32,000 nt of DNA, taken from contig NC_009033.1 of the NCBI RefSeq assembly GCF_000015945.1, positions 1,410,001-1,442,000 of the forward strand, in the 5' to 3' direction. Position 1 is the first letter of the stretch; each line of letters opens with the position of its first letter. This document shows positions 1-9,149 of the stretch, piece by piece. Both the position numbers and the translations under genes were made by a program. The stretch comes from Staphylothermus marinus F1. GTDB lineage: Archaea; Thermoproteota; Thermoprotei_A; Sulfolobales; Desulfurococcaceae. The notes beneath the pieces were generated by a model. That model did not search any database. It was given only the letters and a program-made list of their open reading frames with translations, and was not told where the DNA came from.

Positions 1-2504
1 TTACATTCAACGGTTTAAACCTCGATAATATTGAATCTGATCATCTAGTATTTAACCTCTCAATCAATGCAGTCATGGAGCATGAGAACGGTGTATATGA
101 AGCTAATAAGTCTATAACAGTATTTTTAAGTATTAATTCACCATTTAAACCCTTGATAGTATTGGGTGTGAGAACAACTTATCAAGGACAACCATCACCT
201 CTGCTACCAAACAGTAATGGTGAAGCCATTAGTTTTGTATTATTAAACAATTTCAGAAACACAATTAGCTCCCTAAAAGCCGAACTGGAATCTCCTAGTG
301 GAATAGAAGTTATTGGTTCTAATACTCAGTTCATAAATAATTTGCTAAGTGGATCCTCCACAACAATATCATATATGTTAAGAGTAGGGAATATTACACC
401 AGGAACTTATACGTTAAAACTGAATATTGAAATGATCATTGATAGTAATGGTGCTTTAGTAAGACAGGATCAAACAATCTATTATAATATAACAATAGAA
501 GATCCTTCAAAATATGTTTCTAGAATACTGCTTATTAGAAGCTATTGGGGAACAACCACTCCCTCCACCATATATCCTGGTGATAAGAAAGCACCATTAA
601 CACTAACATTTCTCAACATAGGTGAATACACAGTATATGCTTTTAGATCAAAGTTGATACCCATGGATAAATCAATAAAAGTTTTAAATAATGATCAAGT
701 TTGCAACACGCTAGCTGTTGGTTCAACATGTACTGTTACATTTTATTTAGATCTACAAAATACATCTGCTGGAATGAAAGAGTTTATTGTTAAAACTAGT
801 TATCTCCAAGGAATATATGGATCATACAATAACATAGAGAAAGAATATAATATAAAATTAGATCTGCCAAGCTTTAATGCACAAATTAATAATAGTAGTA
901 TATACTTGGTTTCAAGTGGTTGGAATAATAATTGGCCTGTATATCCTAGATCGGAGAAAACAATTTACACAGTTACACTAGCTAATCTCGAACCATACAG
1001 TATAGGCTCAATAGTAGTGAAAATATTGCCTCCAAACAATATAGTACCCCACAACACATATGATGATACATACTATGTTGAGGGACCAATACCATCTCTA
1101 CAAACATTCACTGCATCATTTACACTTGATGTTGGAGACATTGATCCAGGAATATATGATGCAAAAATCATTGTTGATTATTATGTGTATGCAAATAATG
1201 GAGGATATAGGAAATCCATAATTATTCCAGTAGTATTAGAAGTAAAGGATCCCGAAAAAGCATTAACAACTATACAGTATGGTTGGCTCGGAGGCCAGCC
1301 CCCATTAGTAATTCATGGTGCAACCTATTACTTCATTATTAGAAACAATGAGATACCATCAATGAATGGCATATACTTTACTGGAGTACTACCAGAGAAT
1401 ATAACATACTCAATAACGGACACTAGACTAGTAAATGTGACGCCACAAGTAATAATACCATCTATTCAGGCATCACAGAATCTTCAACAACAACTAGCTA
1501 CATTTCTTATACAACAATCAATGCCTTCGAGACAATCGGCTGGCTTAGGAGATTATTTATCGTTTACACTAAAACTAAACCTTAACTTGTCAAAACCCTA
1601 TTATTCCAAAATACATGGAGCAATAAACTTCATCGATCACTGGGGCAGTGTACATGTAATCAATATATCAATACCCTTCATAGTTGTAGGTAAACCATTA
1701 GAAATAGATATTCTACCTAAAACTCCTCTAATAGTGTTCGATAATGGTACTGGATACATTGATTTAGTCATCGATAACCCAAGTAAAAACATTATTTATG
1801 ATACTTACATACTACTTATACCAGCATCCATGAACGCTATACCGCTAGACAATATTAAATACATAGGCACAATTCTAAGCCAAACAAACAAAACAATTAG
1901 ATACATGATAATCTATAATCCAGTATCTATAAGCTATGGAGGAGCATCAGTATCTTCTCTAACAGTCTCGTTTAGAGCCAACATAATATATAGAGATATT
2001 AGTGGAAGCGTTAATATCCTAAACACCACAGTTGCAGCTAGAGTTGCTCCATTTATTGATTTAGAAATTTCTCCAGACATTACTGTAAGATATAGTAGTG
2101 GAGAATTAGTAGTTAATGGCTTAATCATAAATTATGGTGTATCCAGTGCTAGAAGCGTATATGTTAAACTAATATATGAGAACTACTCAACACTATCATT
2201 TATAGGCGATATCGACCCAGCTTCACAAGCAGCATTTAGACTTGAAACTAAAATGGAGAAGCCTCCGACACATAACATTACATTGATCATAGGATATAGA
2301 GATGACTATAACGGGGTCTACGAGAAAGAGATTAGCCTACCTGTACAAATAGTTGAAGAAGCTAAAACACCTATTCCCACAGCTGAAAAACAAGATTATA
2401 CCATATACTATATTATAGTTACTGTTATGGTAGGCGTATTCTTATCAGCAATATTCTATGTACTACATAAATATATGAAGAAAAAGATAGGAATGTCGGG
2501 ATAA
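1..2504 (+). CDS. Large secreted/cell-surface repeat glycoprotein (CARDB/COG1361-like beta-sandwich modules by eye) with C-terminal TM anchor; 5'-partial, runs off the window
   Basis: ORF track gives 75..2504. Translating nt 3-74 by hand in the same frame shows no stop (..TFNGLNLDNIESDHLVFNLSINAV-MEHEN..), so the reading frame is open to the window edge. Recurrent modules with PGTYTLKLNIEM / PGIYDAKIIVDYYV-type strands and very many N-x-S/T sequons. C-terminal helix YYIIVTVMVGVFLSAIFYVL is followed by the basic KYMKKK. Only a 5-nt gap to the next gene. Confidence 0.6.
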   Translation, partial: TFNGLNLDNIESDHLVFNLSINAVMEHENGVYEANKSITVFLSINSPFKPLIVLGVRTTYQGQPSPLLPNSNGEAISFVLLNNFRNTISSLKAELESPSGIEVIGSNTQFINNLLSGSSTTISYMLRVGNITPGTYTLKLNIEMIIDSNGALVRQDQTIYYNITIEDPSKYVSRILLIRSYWGTTTPSTIYPGDKKAPLTLTFLNIGEYTVYAFRSKLIPMDKSIKVLNNDQVCNTLAVGSTCTVTFYLDLQNTSAGMKEFIVKTSYLQGIYGSYNNIEKEYNIKLDLPSFNAQINNSSIYLVSSGWNNNWPVYPRSEKTIYTVTLANLEPYSIGSIVVKILPPNNIVPHNTYDDTYYVEGPIPSLQTFTASFTLDVGDIDPGIYDAKIIVDYYVYANNGGYRKSIIIPVVLEVKDPEKALTTIQYGWLGGQPPLVIHGATYYFIIRNNEIPSMNGIYFTGVLPENITYSITDTRLVNVTPQVIIPSIQASQNLQQQLATFLIQQSMPSRQSAGLGDYLSFTLKLNLNLSKPYYSKIHGAINFIDHWGSVHVINISIPFIVVGKPLEIDILPKTPLIVFDNGTGYIDLVIDNPSKNIIYDTYILLIPASMNAIPLDNIKYIGTILSQTNKTIRYMIIYNPVSISYGGASVSSLTVSFRANIIYRDISGSVNILNTTVAARVAPFIDLEISPDITVRYSSGELVVNGLIINYGVSSARSVYVKLIYENYSTLSFIGDIDPASQAAFRLETKMEKPPTHNITLIIGYRDDYNGVYEKEISLPVQIVEEAKTPIPTAEKQDYTIYYIIVTVMVGVFLSAIFYVLHKYMKKKIGMSG

Positions 2505-2509
2505 AATGG

Positions 2510-3733
2510 TTGATAACAATGTTTATCAGCGACATTATTAGGTTAGCGATGAAGACACTATCAGAAAAGAAAGTAAGAGCTATTCTCACAATTATTGGAA
2601 TAGCTATTGGACCATTAGCACTAATTACAATCAATAGTGTTACTAGTGGTTACTCACGCTACATTGTTCAACAAATACAAGGGTTCGGCCAAAACCTTGT
2701 GGTGGTGATGTCTACTGAAGAATATACTGTTACAAGAGATGATCTAGAACTTTTGAAAACAATTAATGGAGTAGTGGATGCATCACCATTCTATTCAACA
2801 CAGGGAACAATGAGGATTGGAGGCGAAGAGAAAGATGTATTTATCTACGCTGTTGATTATGATTTCCTCTTCAAAGCAATACCAAGTCTAAAAATAGGTG
2901 AGGGAGAAATACCTTCATCTACAGAAATAAGTAAATGTATTGTTGGACATGATATAGCATACAATGATGAAGGTAAAGAAGTATACAAAGTAGGAGATGT
3001 GATTAGCATAAGAGTAGTCAAGGTAAAGAGTGGAGGTAAACTGGAAATAAAACATGTAAGCCTCGCAATATCGGCTATATTAGAAAAATATGGTGGAGCC
3101 GCATTATTAAATCCTGATAAAACAATATTTATGAGCATGAATGGGGCTGAGAAGCTTTTAGGAGTTAAGAAATGGTCCGGGATTCTCTTATATGTTAAGG
3201 ATCCCTCCATGATCAATAATGTAACAAACACTATAAGAAACATATATGGTAGAAGCGTAGATGTCATATCTTTCCTGGCTTTTGCTCAAATAGCTTCATC
3301 AATATCAAACGCTGTTAACTTCATGACATTCTCTGCTAGCCTAGCAGCCTTTGCAGTAGCAATTGCAGGTGTAGCAGCTACTATGATAACATCCGTTATT
3401 GAGAGGACTAGAGAAATAGGTGTTATGAAAGCTCTCGGATTTACGGATGGCCAAGTACTCGTCTTAATTATTGCTGAAGGAATAGTTATGAGTCTTATAG
3501 GCGCAGTTATAGGTATAACACTAGGTGTTGTTGGGGCATACGCTCTAGCATCGAGAGGACTAGTGATCTCTAGTGGGACAAGCAAAATTGTAATCAACGC
3601 TCAACCAGACATCAATGTATTCAATGTATCTTTAACTATAATATTAACTATCATGGTTGGAATAGTGGGTAGTATTTTTCCAGCTTATAGAGCCGCAAAA
3701 ATTCCTCCTGCTGTGGCTTTGAGATATGAATAA
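2510..3733 (+). CDS. ABC transporter permease, MacB/FtsX family (N-terminal TM, large extracytoplasmic domain, C-terminal 3-TM FtsX domain)
   Basis: N-terminus ..LAMKTLSEKKVRAILTIIGIAIGP. C-terminal ERTREIGVMKALGFTDGQVLVLIIAEG..IFPAYRAAKIPPAVALRYE is typical of COG0577-type permeases. TTG at 2510; the ATG at 2519 (MFISDII) is an equally likely start. Confidence 0.85.
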   Translation: MITMFISDIIRLAMKTLSEKKVRAILTIIGIAIGPLALITINSVTSGYSRYIVQQIQGFGQNLVVVMSTEEYTVTRDDLELLKTINGVVDASPFYSTQGTMRIGGEEKDVFIYAVDYDFLFKAIPSLKIGEGEIPSSTEISKCIVGHDIAYNDEGKEVYKVGDVISIRVVKVKSGGKLEIKHVSLAISAILEKYGGAALLNPDKTIFMSMNGAEKLLGVKKWSGILLYVKDPSMINNVTNTIRNIYGRSVDVISFLAFAQIASSISNAVNFMTFSASLAAFAVAIAGVAATMITSVIERTREIGVMKALGFTDGQVLVLIIAEGIVMSLIGAVIGITLGVVGAYALASRGLVISSGTSKIVINAQPDINVFNVSLTIILTIMVGIVGSIFPAYRAAKIPPAVALRYE

Positions 3734-3741
3734 TAAGTTTT

Positions 3742-5145
3742 CTAATCAATAATTCTCTTAGTCCAATTACCCTTAAATACCCATAGTAGAGCTAGTAATC
3801 CAGCAACAATATTACTTATAGTCATCGCTACCCATATACCAATAGTCCCCAATCCCATAACTAGAGCTAATAAGTAGCTAAGACCAATTCTCAATACCCA
3901 TAGCCGAATAATTGATATTATAGCGAAGATCTTTGTATGACCAGAACCTCCAGCAACTGCTCCGCCTAGAAAGAATAATCCGAAGAAAGGTATAGACCAT
4001 GTAAATATAGCTAATACCATGCTTCCCTCCATGATCACATCTTTTTCAGGCACAAAAAATGCAACAGTTAAATCTCTTGTTAAGAAAATAAATACTGAAC
4101 CTATTGCTAATATTAGAGTCGTTAACCACATTGTTTTTTTAACAATAGCCTTTGATCTATCATAGTATTCTGCTCCAAGGTTTTGTCCAACCATTACTGA
4201 TAATGCCCTATTTATCCCCCATGTAAATGCTGATAATACATCGATTATTCTAATGGCTACACCATAAGCAGAAACAGCTACTGATCCAAATCTGCTAACT
4301 ATACTCATCATAATCGTGAATCCTAGAGAATTAGATGATTGCTGTATTGTCAGCGGTGTTCCTATTGATACTACTTTTTTAATCCACCATTTCTCAATTC
4401 CTAAATCACTAAATGTAATTTTTATACCATGATATCCTGTAAATAGTAGATATGATCCTACAAATGATACTATTGATCTAGATAGAATAGTTGCAATAGC
4501 CGCTCCCTTAACCCCCATTGCGGGAAAACCGAGATATCCAAAAATAAATAATGGATCCAAAACCATGTTTGTAAAAGACGATACTATATTAATATAGGTA
4601 GGTGTCCGAGTATCTCCCAAGCTATTCGCAATAGTATTGAATGCAAAACCAATAAATGATAAGGGTATTCCTATAAAGATTATACGTATATATTCGACAG
4701 CATTAGGATAAATATCCGGTGGAACACCCATTAAACTAAGTATGGGTGGAGATAAAAAGTATCCTGTTATACTAATTGATAAAGCAATAAGTGCCATAAA
4801 TGATAAAAGATTACCAGCTGATTTATTAGCCATTCTTAAATTTCCAGCTCCAACATATTGTGCAATCAATGATATTCCTGCACGTGAGAATCCAAAACCT
4901 ATAGAGTAGAAAAGCATTATTAAAGGCCAACTAACAGTAGGTGCTCCAAAAGCTTCTTTACCAAGTTTTCCTAGCCAGTAAGCATCTATAAGATTATACG
5001 ACATATTAACTAGATTCGCTACTATTATAGGCCAAGCTAGCCATAAGACAGTCCTAATAATGTCTCCCTCTAGTATTTTCTTCCTAAGCACATGTAAGTC
5101 TTCGCTTGAGCCTCTATGCAATATATTCCACCAGAATATATTCAA
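3742..5145 (-). CDS. MATE family multidrug/toxin efflux transporter
   Basis: 467 aa, about 12 hydrophobic helices. N-terminal RTVLWLAWPIIVANLVNMSYNLIDAYWLGKLG and a second-half repeat ..VMVGQNLGA.. are typical of NorM/DinF-type MATE proteins. The 5145 start is TTG; a GTG near 5091 (VLRKKILEG) is an alternative. Confidence 0.85.
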   Translation of the reverse strand: MNIFWWNILHRGSSEDLHVLRKKILEGDIIRTVLWLAWPIIVANLVNMSYNLIDAYWLGKLGKEAFGAPTVSWPLIMLFYSIGFGFSRAGISLIAQYVGAGNLRMANKSAGNLLSFMALIALSISITGYFLSPPILSLMGVPPDIYPNAVEYIRIIFIGIPLSFIGFAFNTIANSLGDTRTPTYINIVSSFTNMVLDPLFIFGYLGFPAMGVKGAAIATILSRSIVSFVGSYLLFTGYHGIKITFSDLGIEKWWIKKVVSIGTPLTIQQSSNSLGFTIMMSIVSRFGSVAVSAYGVAIRIIDVLSAFTWGINRALSVMVGQNLGAEYYDRSKAIVKKTMWLTTLILAIGSVFIFLTRDLTVAFFVPEKDVIMEGSMVLAIFTWSIPFFGLFFLGGAVAGGSGHTKIFAIISIIRLWVLRIGLSYLLALVMGLGTIGIWVAMTISNIVAGLLALLWVFKGNWTKRIID

Positions 5146-5207
5146 ACAGAAGATATTTATATGGCTAGATTAAAAATCTTACTGGATAAAATATTTTAAT
5201 AAATATT

Positions 5208-5636
5208 GTGGGAATAAAAATGCAAGCTAAAAAGAAGTTTAGAAGCGTTTTTAAAATCAAAGTTTTAGGAATTATTATCAAGAATAAGGAAATACACGGT
5301 TATGGAATATACAAAGAGCTATTGAGCCTCATACATGGATTAGAGCTAATAGAGAAACCCTCAATTGGTACAATTTATAGAATACTGAATGAACTTCTCG
5401 AAGAAGGATATATTGAAGAGAAGATACAGTACAAAGGCAAGAGAAAAATCATACTATACCACCCCACACCAAAAGGAATAAATGAATTCCTTAGAATAAG
5501 CAAGGCGTTTCTAACAAAGACCCTTATAGGATTAAAGCTCGTCATATCAGCTATCAATAGTATAGATGAAAAGCAACCTGTTATCGATGAGATTAGGGAT
5601 AGACTAAAGAGAATACACAATATAACCAGTACTTAG
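5208..5636 (+). CDS. PadR-family winged-helix transcriptional regulator
   Basis: IHGYGIYKELL....PSIGTIYRILNELLEEGYIEEKIQYKGKRKIILYHPTPKG matches the PadR wHTH pattern, with a C-terminal helical dimerisation tail. GTG at 5208, ATG at 5220. Divergent from the MATE gene. Confidence 0.75.
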   Translation: MGIKMQAKKKFRSVFKIKVLGIIIKNKEIHGYGIYKELLSLIHGLELIEKPSIGTIYRILNELLEEGYIEEKIQYKGKRKIILYHPTPKGINEFLRISKAFLTKTLIGLKLVISAINSIDEKQPVIDEIRDRLKRIHNITST

Positions 5637-5657
5637 AATAATTAGCATTTATGTAGA

Positions 5658-5757
<100 letters not shown>

Positions 5758-5822
5758 ACACCATAATATTTTAAGACTAACTTTTTGCCTTTATATTTGT
5801 AATGAATTATTTTTAGAAAAAA

Positions 5823-6710
5823 CTACTTGGTTAGTGAAACAAGTTTTTCCATTAGGTCCTTTATGGGTTTAGGCTGTAACGGTAAATACGCGAGCGGCGG
5901 GTTCTTCTTGATTGGTTCTAGTAATTCCTCCATTGTAGGCTTTTCTTCTTTGTAGATTATCCCTATGGGTATTCGGTCTCCCCACTCATATGCTTTTTTC
6001 ATTGCTTCCTCCCAGTTGGTAGGATCGTGTCCTGTCTCCTCTAATTTATATATGCGTTGCCTATACCATGTATATGTATGTAGTTTATCGAATGTAACAC
6101 ATGGTTGTAAAACGTCTATGAAGCTGAATCCTTTATGTTTAATGGCTTCCTTAATAATATACTTCAAATGCTCTACGTCTCCAGCAAATCCTCGAGCTAC
6201 AAAACTAGCTCTTAGAGCAACCATCATAGCTATAGGATTAATTGGTTCCTCCCACTGGCCCCAAGGGGTTGTCCTAGTAACTTGTCCTCTTTCAGTTGTA
6301 GGTGAAGCTTGTCCTGTAGTGAGACCATATACTGTATTGTTATGTACTATCAATGTTACATCAGGATTTCTCCTAACAACATGGGGAAGATGCCCTACAC
6401 CGATTCCATACTGATCCCCGTCGCCGGCAAAACCAACGACAACTAGATCCTTATTAACAGCCTTAATAGCTGTCATCATCGGCAATACTCTTCCATGTAT
6501 TGTATGTATAGAATTAACATTGATGTAATTAGCTAATTTACCGTGACAACCTATACCAGTCACTATTGCGACTCTATGAGGCTCAATACCTAACTCGTTT
6601 ACAGCTTTCTTAAATGCTTGGAGAATTCCGAAATTACCGCATCCAGGACACCATGTAATAATTGCTCCAGTTTCGGAGATGGGTTGTCTATATACGGACA
6701 TATTATCCAC
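5823..6710 (-). CDS. 2-oxoacid:ferredoxin oxidoreductase, beta (TPP-binding) subunit of a two-subunit enzyme
   Basis: WCPGCGNFGILQAF, GIGCHGK, GFAGDGDQYGIG (TPP/Mg motif) and NNTVYGLTTGQ. The likely true start is the ATG at 6701, preceded by GGAGGGGTG plus a 6-nt spacer. Follows the alpha subunit by about 12-20 nt. Confidence 0.9.
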   Translation of the reverse strand: MDNMSVYRQPISETGAIITWCPGCGNFGILQAFKKAVNELGIEPHRVAIVTGIGCHGKLANYINVNSIHTIHGRVLPMMTAIKAVNKDLVVVGFAGDGDQYGIGVGHLPHVVRRNPDVTLIVHNNTVYGLTTGQASPTTERGQVTRTTPWGQWEEPINPIAMMVALRASFVARGFAGDVEHLKYIIKEAIKHKGFSFIDVLQPCVTFDKLHTYTWYRQRIYKLEETGHDPTNWEEAMKKAYEWGDRIPIGIIYKEEKPTMEELLEPIKKNPPLAYLPLQPKPIKDLMEKLVSLTK

Positions 6711-6722
6711 CCCTCCACTTCT

Positions 6723-8504
6723 TTATGTTTTTAAAAATTCTTTGATCTTAGAAGCAAGGTCTTCTGCTCTAAACGGTCTTCCATCAACTTTTCCTATGTG
6801 CCCACTTGTCTTCACACCTGTCTCCATATATGCTAGGATCCCTAGTTGTCCACGATAATTGTATTCTATAGATACAATAGGCTTATCCATGTATTTCTTC
6901 ATCGTTTCTATAAATGTTCTTCTTGGGAAAGGCCATAGATAAATCATTTGTACTATACTCAAATTGATGCCTTCCTTAGACAATAGTTTCTTCGCTTCTA
7001 GGCTTGCCCATGTTGCTGAACCCCATGTTAAAATGACTAGATCAGTTTTATCTGGTTCTTCACCATATACTCTTAGTACTTCGTATTTTTCTTCAAGTTC
7101 TCTTCTAAGGAACTCTTCCTTCTTCATTCTCCTCCTATACTGTTTATCAGCATTGACGGGATCTTCGGTTACAATACCTTTTTTATTGTGTTCACTACTA
7201 TCAGCCTTAACTAATGCACCCTTCGTACCAGGTGGTACCCATGGTGGAACACCTGTTTCAGTATCCATGTAAGGTTTAAACTCCCATCCCTCCTCAATTC
7301 GTTTCTCGGCTTCTTCTTTCGGTATTAATGCTCCGTATTCAAGGCTTAGATCCTCTCTAAATGCTGGAACTGATCTAATGCTTTCAGCTAGGTGTTTATC
7401 AACTAATATTATTGCTGGAACACGGTATTTCCAGCCAAGGTTTAATGCTTCAATCGTTCTATAATATGCATCCTCTTGATCAGCCGGAGCAACAACTATT
7501 CTCGGGAACTCTCCGTGTCCAGCAAATAAACTATAGAGCATATCTTCTTGTGCTGAATGAGTAGCCATTCCAGTACTTGGACCAGGCCTCATAGCTAAAA
7601 CTATGATTAGCGGTAACTCTAACATACCAGCTTCACTAAGTGTTTCATTCATTAATGCAAATCCACCACCACTTGTACCTGTAGCAGCTCTAACCCCAGC
7701 CCACGTAGCTGCGAGAGCCATTTGTGCAGCAGCTATTTCGTTCTCCGCTTGTATTACTGGTATATCCTTATCCTTCATCACTCTAACCATGAAGTGTAAG
7801 AGTGGAGAAGCAGGAGTCATGGGATACGCAACATATAGTCTTAAATCTCCTTTGACGAATCCTAAGCCTATTGCTTCATTACCTGTCAACAGTATTCTTG
7901 GACCCCATGGTTTTGCTGGTTCTAAACGGTAAGCCTGTATCGGCAATGGATGCTTTGCTACGTATTCATAGCCATACATAGCTGCTTTAACGTTTTCTTC
8001 CGCAACTTTTTCTTTTTCCTTAAACTGATACCTTATCGACCACACCACTTCCTCTAAGGGGAGCCCCATTAATCCTGCAATCACTCCTACAGCTAACATG
8101 TTCATCGTTATAGGTTTTAATTTGTTCTCGCGAATAATTTTTCTCATAGGAACCTCGTATTTAATTCCTCGCGGAGGATCACGTTTTACAAGATCAGGAT
8201 CAAATACTACAATACTGTCTCCGCGGAAATCCTTTTCTTGCCTAGTATACGTTGCTTCATCAAATGTAACAATATAATCACTTGTTCTATATAATTCATA
8301 GATCTTTTCTACCCCGGCTCTAACCCAATATACAGTATGACCTCCCCTTATAAGACTGGGATACTCAGATACACCTATTACGTGATACCCTAGCTTATGA
8401 AGTGCTCGAGCAATAACTAAACCACTTGTAATGTTTCCGCTTCCAGCTGGACCCGCGAATAGGACCTGGACAGAATTCTTTGTGGTCATACATGGGTCAC
8501 CCAT
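6723..8504 (-). CDS. 2-oxoacid:ferredoxin oxidoreductase, alpha subunit (fused gamma-alpha type)
   Basis: N-terminal gamma-like FAGPAGSGNITSG..EYPSLIRGGH. Alpha-like core YVAYPMTPASPLLH (YPITP-motif variant), TSGGGFALMNE, and the length (593 aa) fit Sulfolobus/Aeropyrum-type two-subunit OFORs. Substrate (pyruvate, 2-oxoglutarate or broad) cannot be told from sequence. Alternative start is the ATG at 8489. Confidence 0.9.
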   Translation of the reverse strand: MGDPCMTTKNSVQVLFAGPAGSGNITSGLVIARALHKLGYHVIGVSEYPSLIRGGHTVYWVRAGVEKIYELYRTSDYIVTFDEATYTRQEKDFRGDSIVVFDPDLVKRDPPRGIKYEVPMRKIIRENKLKPITMNMLAVGVIAGLMGLPLEEVVWSIRYQFKEKEKVAEENVKAAMYGYEYVAKHPLPIQAYRLEPAKPWGPRILLTGNEAIGLGFVKGDLRLYVAYPMTPASPLLHFMVRVMKDKDIPVIQAENEIAAAQMALAATWAGVRAATGTSGGGFALMNETLSEAGMLELPLIIVLAMRPGPSTGMATHSAQEDMLYSLFAGHGEFPRIVVAPADQEDAYYRTIEALNLGWKYRVPAIILVDKHLAESIRSVPAFREDLSLEYGALIPKEEAEKRIEEGWEFKPYMDTETGVPPWVPPGTKGALVKADSSEHNKKGIVTEDPVNADKQYRRRMKKEEFLRRELEEKYEVLRVYGEEPDKTDLVILTWGSATWASLEAKKLLSKEGINLSIVQMIYLWPFPRRTFIETMKKYMDKPIVSIEYNYRGQLGILAYMETGVKTSGHIGKVDGRPFRAEDLASKIKEFLKT

Positions 8505-8512
8505 TAAAGAAA

Positions 8513-8824
8513 TTAAGAAGAGGATTTACATGCATAAGAAAAATTCTCATTAACATAATTAGTCCAATTCGTGAGATCAATTGGTTTAATATCGTGGAAC
8601 TCGTTTTCAACAGTTATTGTACATTGTTCTATCACAACATAATCATCCTCAATTCTACCCTTAATTTTAAACTGTACTCCGCCTGGAACTTCGTCGATAA
8701 CGACTGGTAAAAATATCTCTACAGTATGATCCTCAACAATAATGTGTCCGCCGGTCTTCCTAATATATTCTTCAATAGCACACCTCAGTAGTTTAACATC
8801 TTCAACGTTGCTGATAAAAATCAC
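8513..8824 (-). CDS. Small conserved-looking hypothetical protein (103 aa), first gene of the two-subunit OFOR transcription unit
   Basis: ORF with a GTG start at 8824. Its stop lies only about 9 nt upstream of the OFOR alpha start. A TATA-like ATTATATACATTATAAATG sits about 17-35 nt upstream on the same strand. No motif I recognise. Soluble, acidic, with alternating beta-like pattern. Confidence 0.5.
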   Translation of the reverse strand: MIFISNVEDVKLLRCAIEEYIRKTGGHIIVEDHTVEIFLPVVIDEVPGGVQFKIKGRIEDDYVVIEQCTITVENEFHDIKPIDLTNWTNYVNENFSYACKSSS

Positions 8825-8841
8825 CCCTTACGAGTTCTAGG

Positions 8842-8860
8842 CATTTATAATGTATATAAT
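8842..8860 (-). promoter_or_regulatory. TATA-box-like element positioned for a (near-)leaderless transcript starting at the 8824 GTG
   Basis: The minus strand reads ATTATATACATTATAAATG, followed by 17 nt and then GTG. The spacing is typical of archaeal TATA-to-TSS distance. Position only, no experimental support. Confidence 0.3.
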
Positions 8861-8885
8861 CCCTCGTATTTAGAACTATCTTCAA

Positions 8886-8949
8886 TGTCAGCGGGTAGTC
8901 CCTGCGAAATCATTCCGTTCACGGTCATATGCGTCATCTCTCTTCATCC
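8886..8949 (-). ncRNA. Candidate C/D-box sRNA (2'-O-methylation guide) whose D-guide is complementary to the conserved 16S rRNA '806' region
   Basis: The minus strand reads TGG-ATGAAGA-GAGATGACGCAT-ATGA-CCGTGAACGGA-ATGATTT-CGCAGGGACTACCCG-CTGA-CAT. There is a C-like box (AUGAAGA, or the alternative GAGAUGA), a D'-like box (AUGA/GUGA), a degenerate C' (AUGAUUU) and a perfect D box CUGA. GGACTACCCG directly 5' of the D box equals the start of the archaeal 806R primer sequence, so it is complementary to 16S CGGGUAGUCC. Weaknesses: imperfect C and C' boxes, and 15 nt rather than 12 nt between C' and D. Confidence 0.4.
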
Positions 8950-9149
8950 ATGGACACTATGATATTTATTCTCATGCTATCCTTAAAATATTACATTTAT
9001 CGATCAGCTTTTCCATATAAATATATTGAAAATCAAAATATGTCCTCTTATAGAATAGTTTTGTTTTATAATATGTTTCAGGGCTAGATTTATTTTCTAA
9101 AGTCATATAATATTTATATTATTGATCAAATAAATTTTGGTGTATTAGA

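Noticed and set aside
2857-3597. Two minus-strand ORFs (136 aa and 103 aa) inside the FtsX permease gene
   Set aside because: They are fully antisense to a well-supported CDS. Their low-complexity Ile/Leu/Ser/Thr/Pro composition is typical of shadow ORFs, and there are no start-context signals.
5167-5179. Palindrome AGATT-AAA-AATCT in the PadR/MATE intergenic region as a PadR operator
   Set aside because: The arms are only 5 bp, in a region of nearly pure A+T. The chance expectation is too high to call a site; it is mentioned only as a place to start footprinting.
5965-7932. Plus-strand ORFs 5965..6414, 6964..7272 and 7603..7932 antisense to the two-subunit OFOR genes
   Set aside because: These are shadow frames of strongly motif-supported genes. 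Their products are Ser/Cys/Leu-rich nonsense with no recognisable domain.
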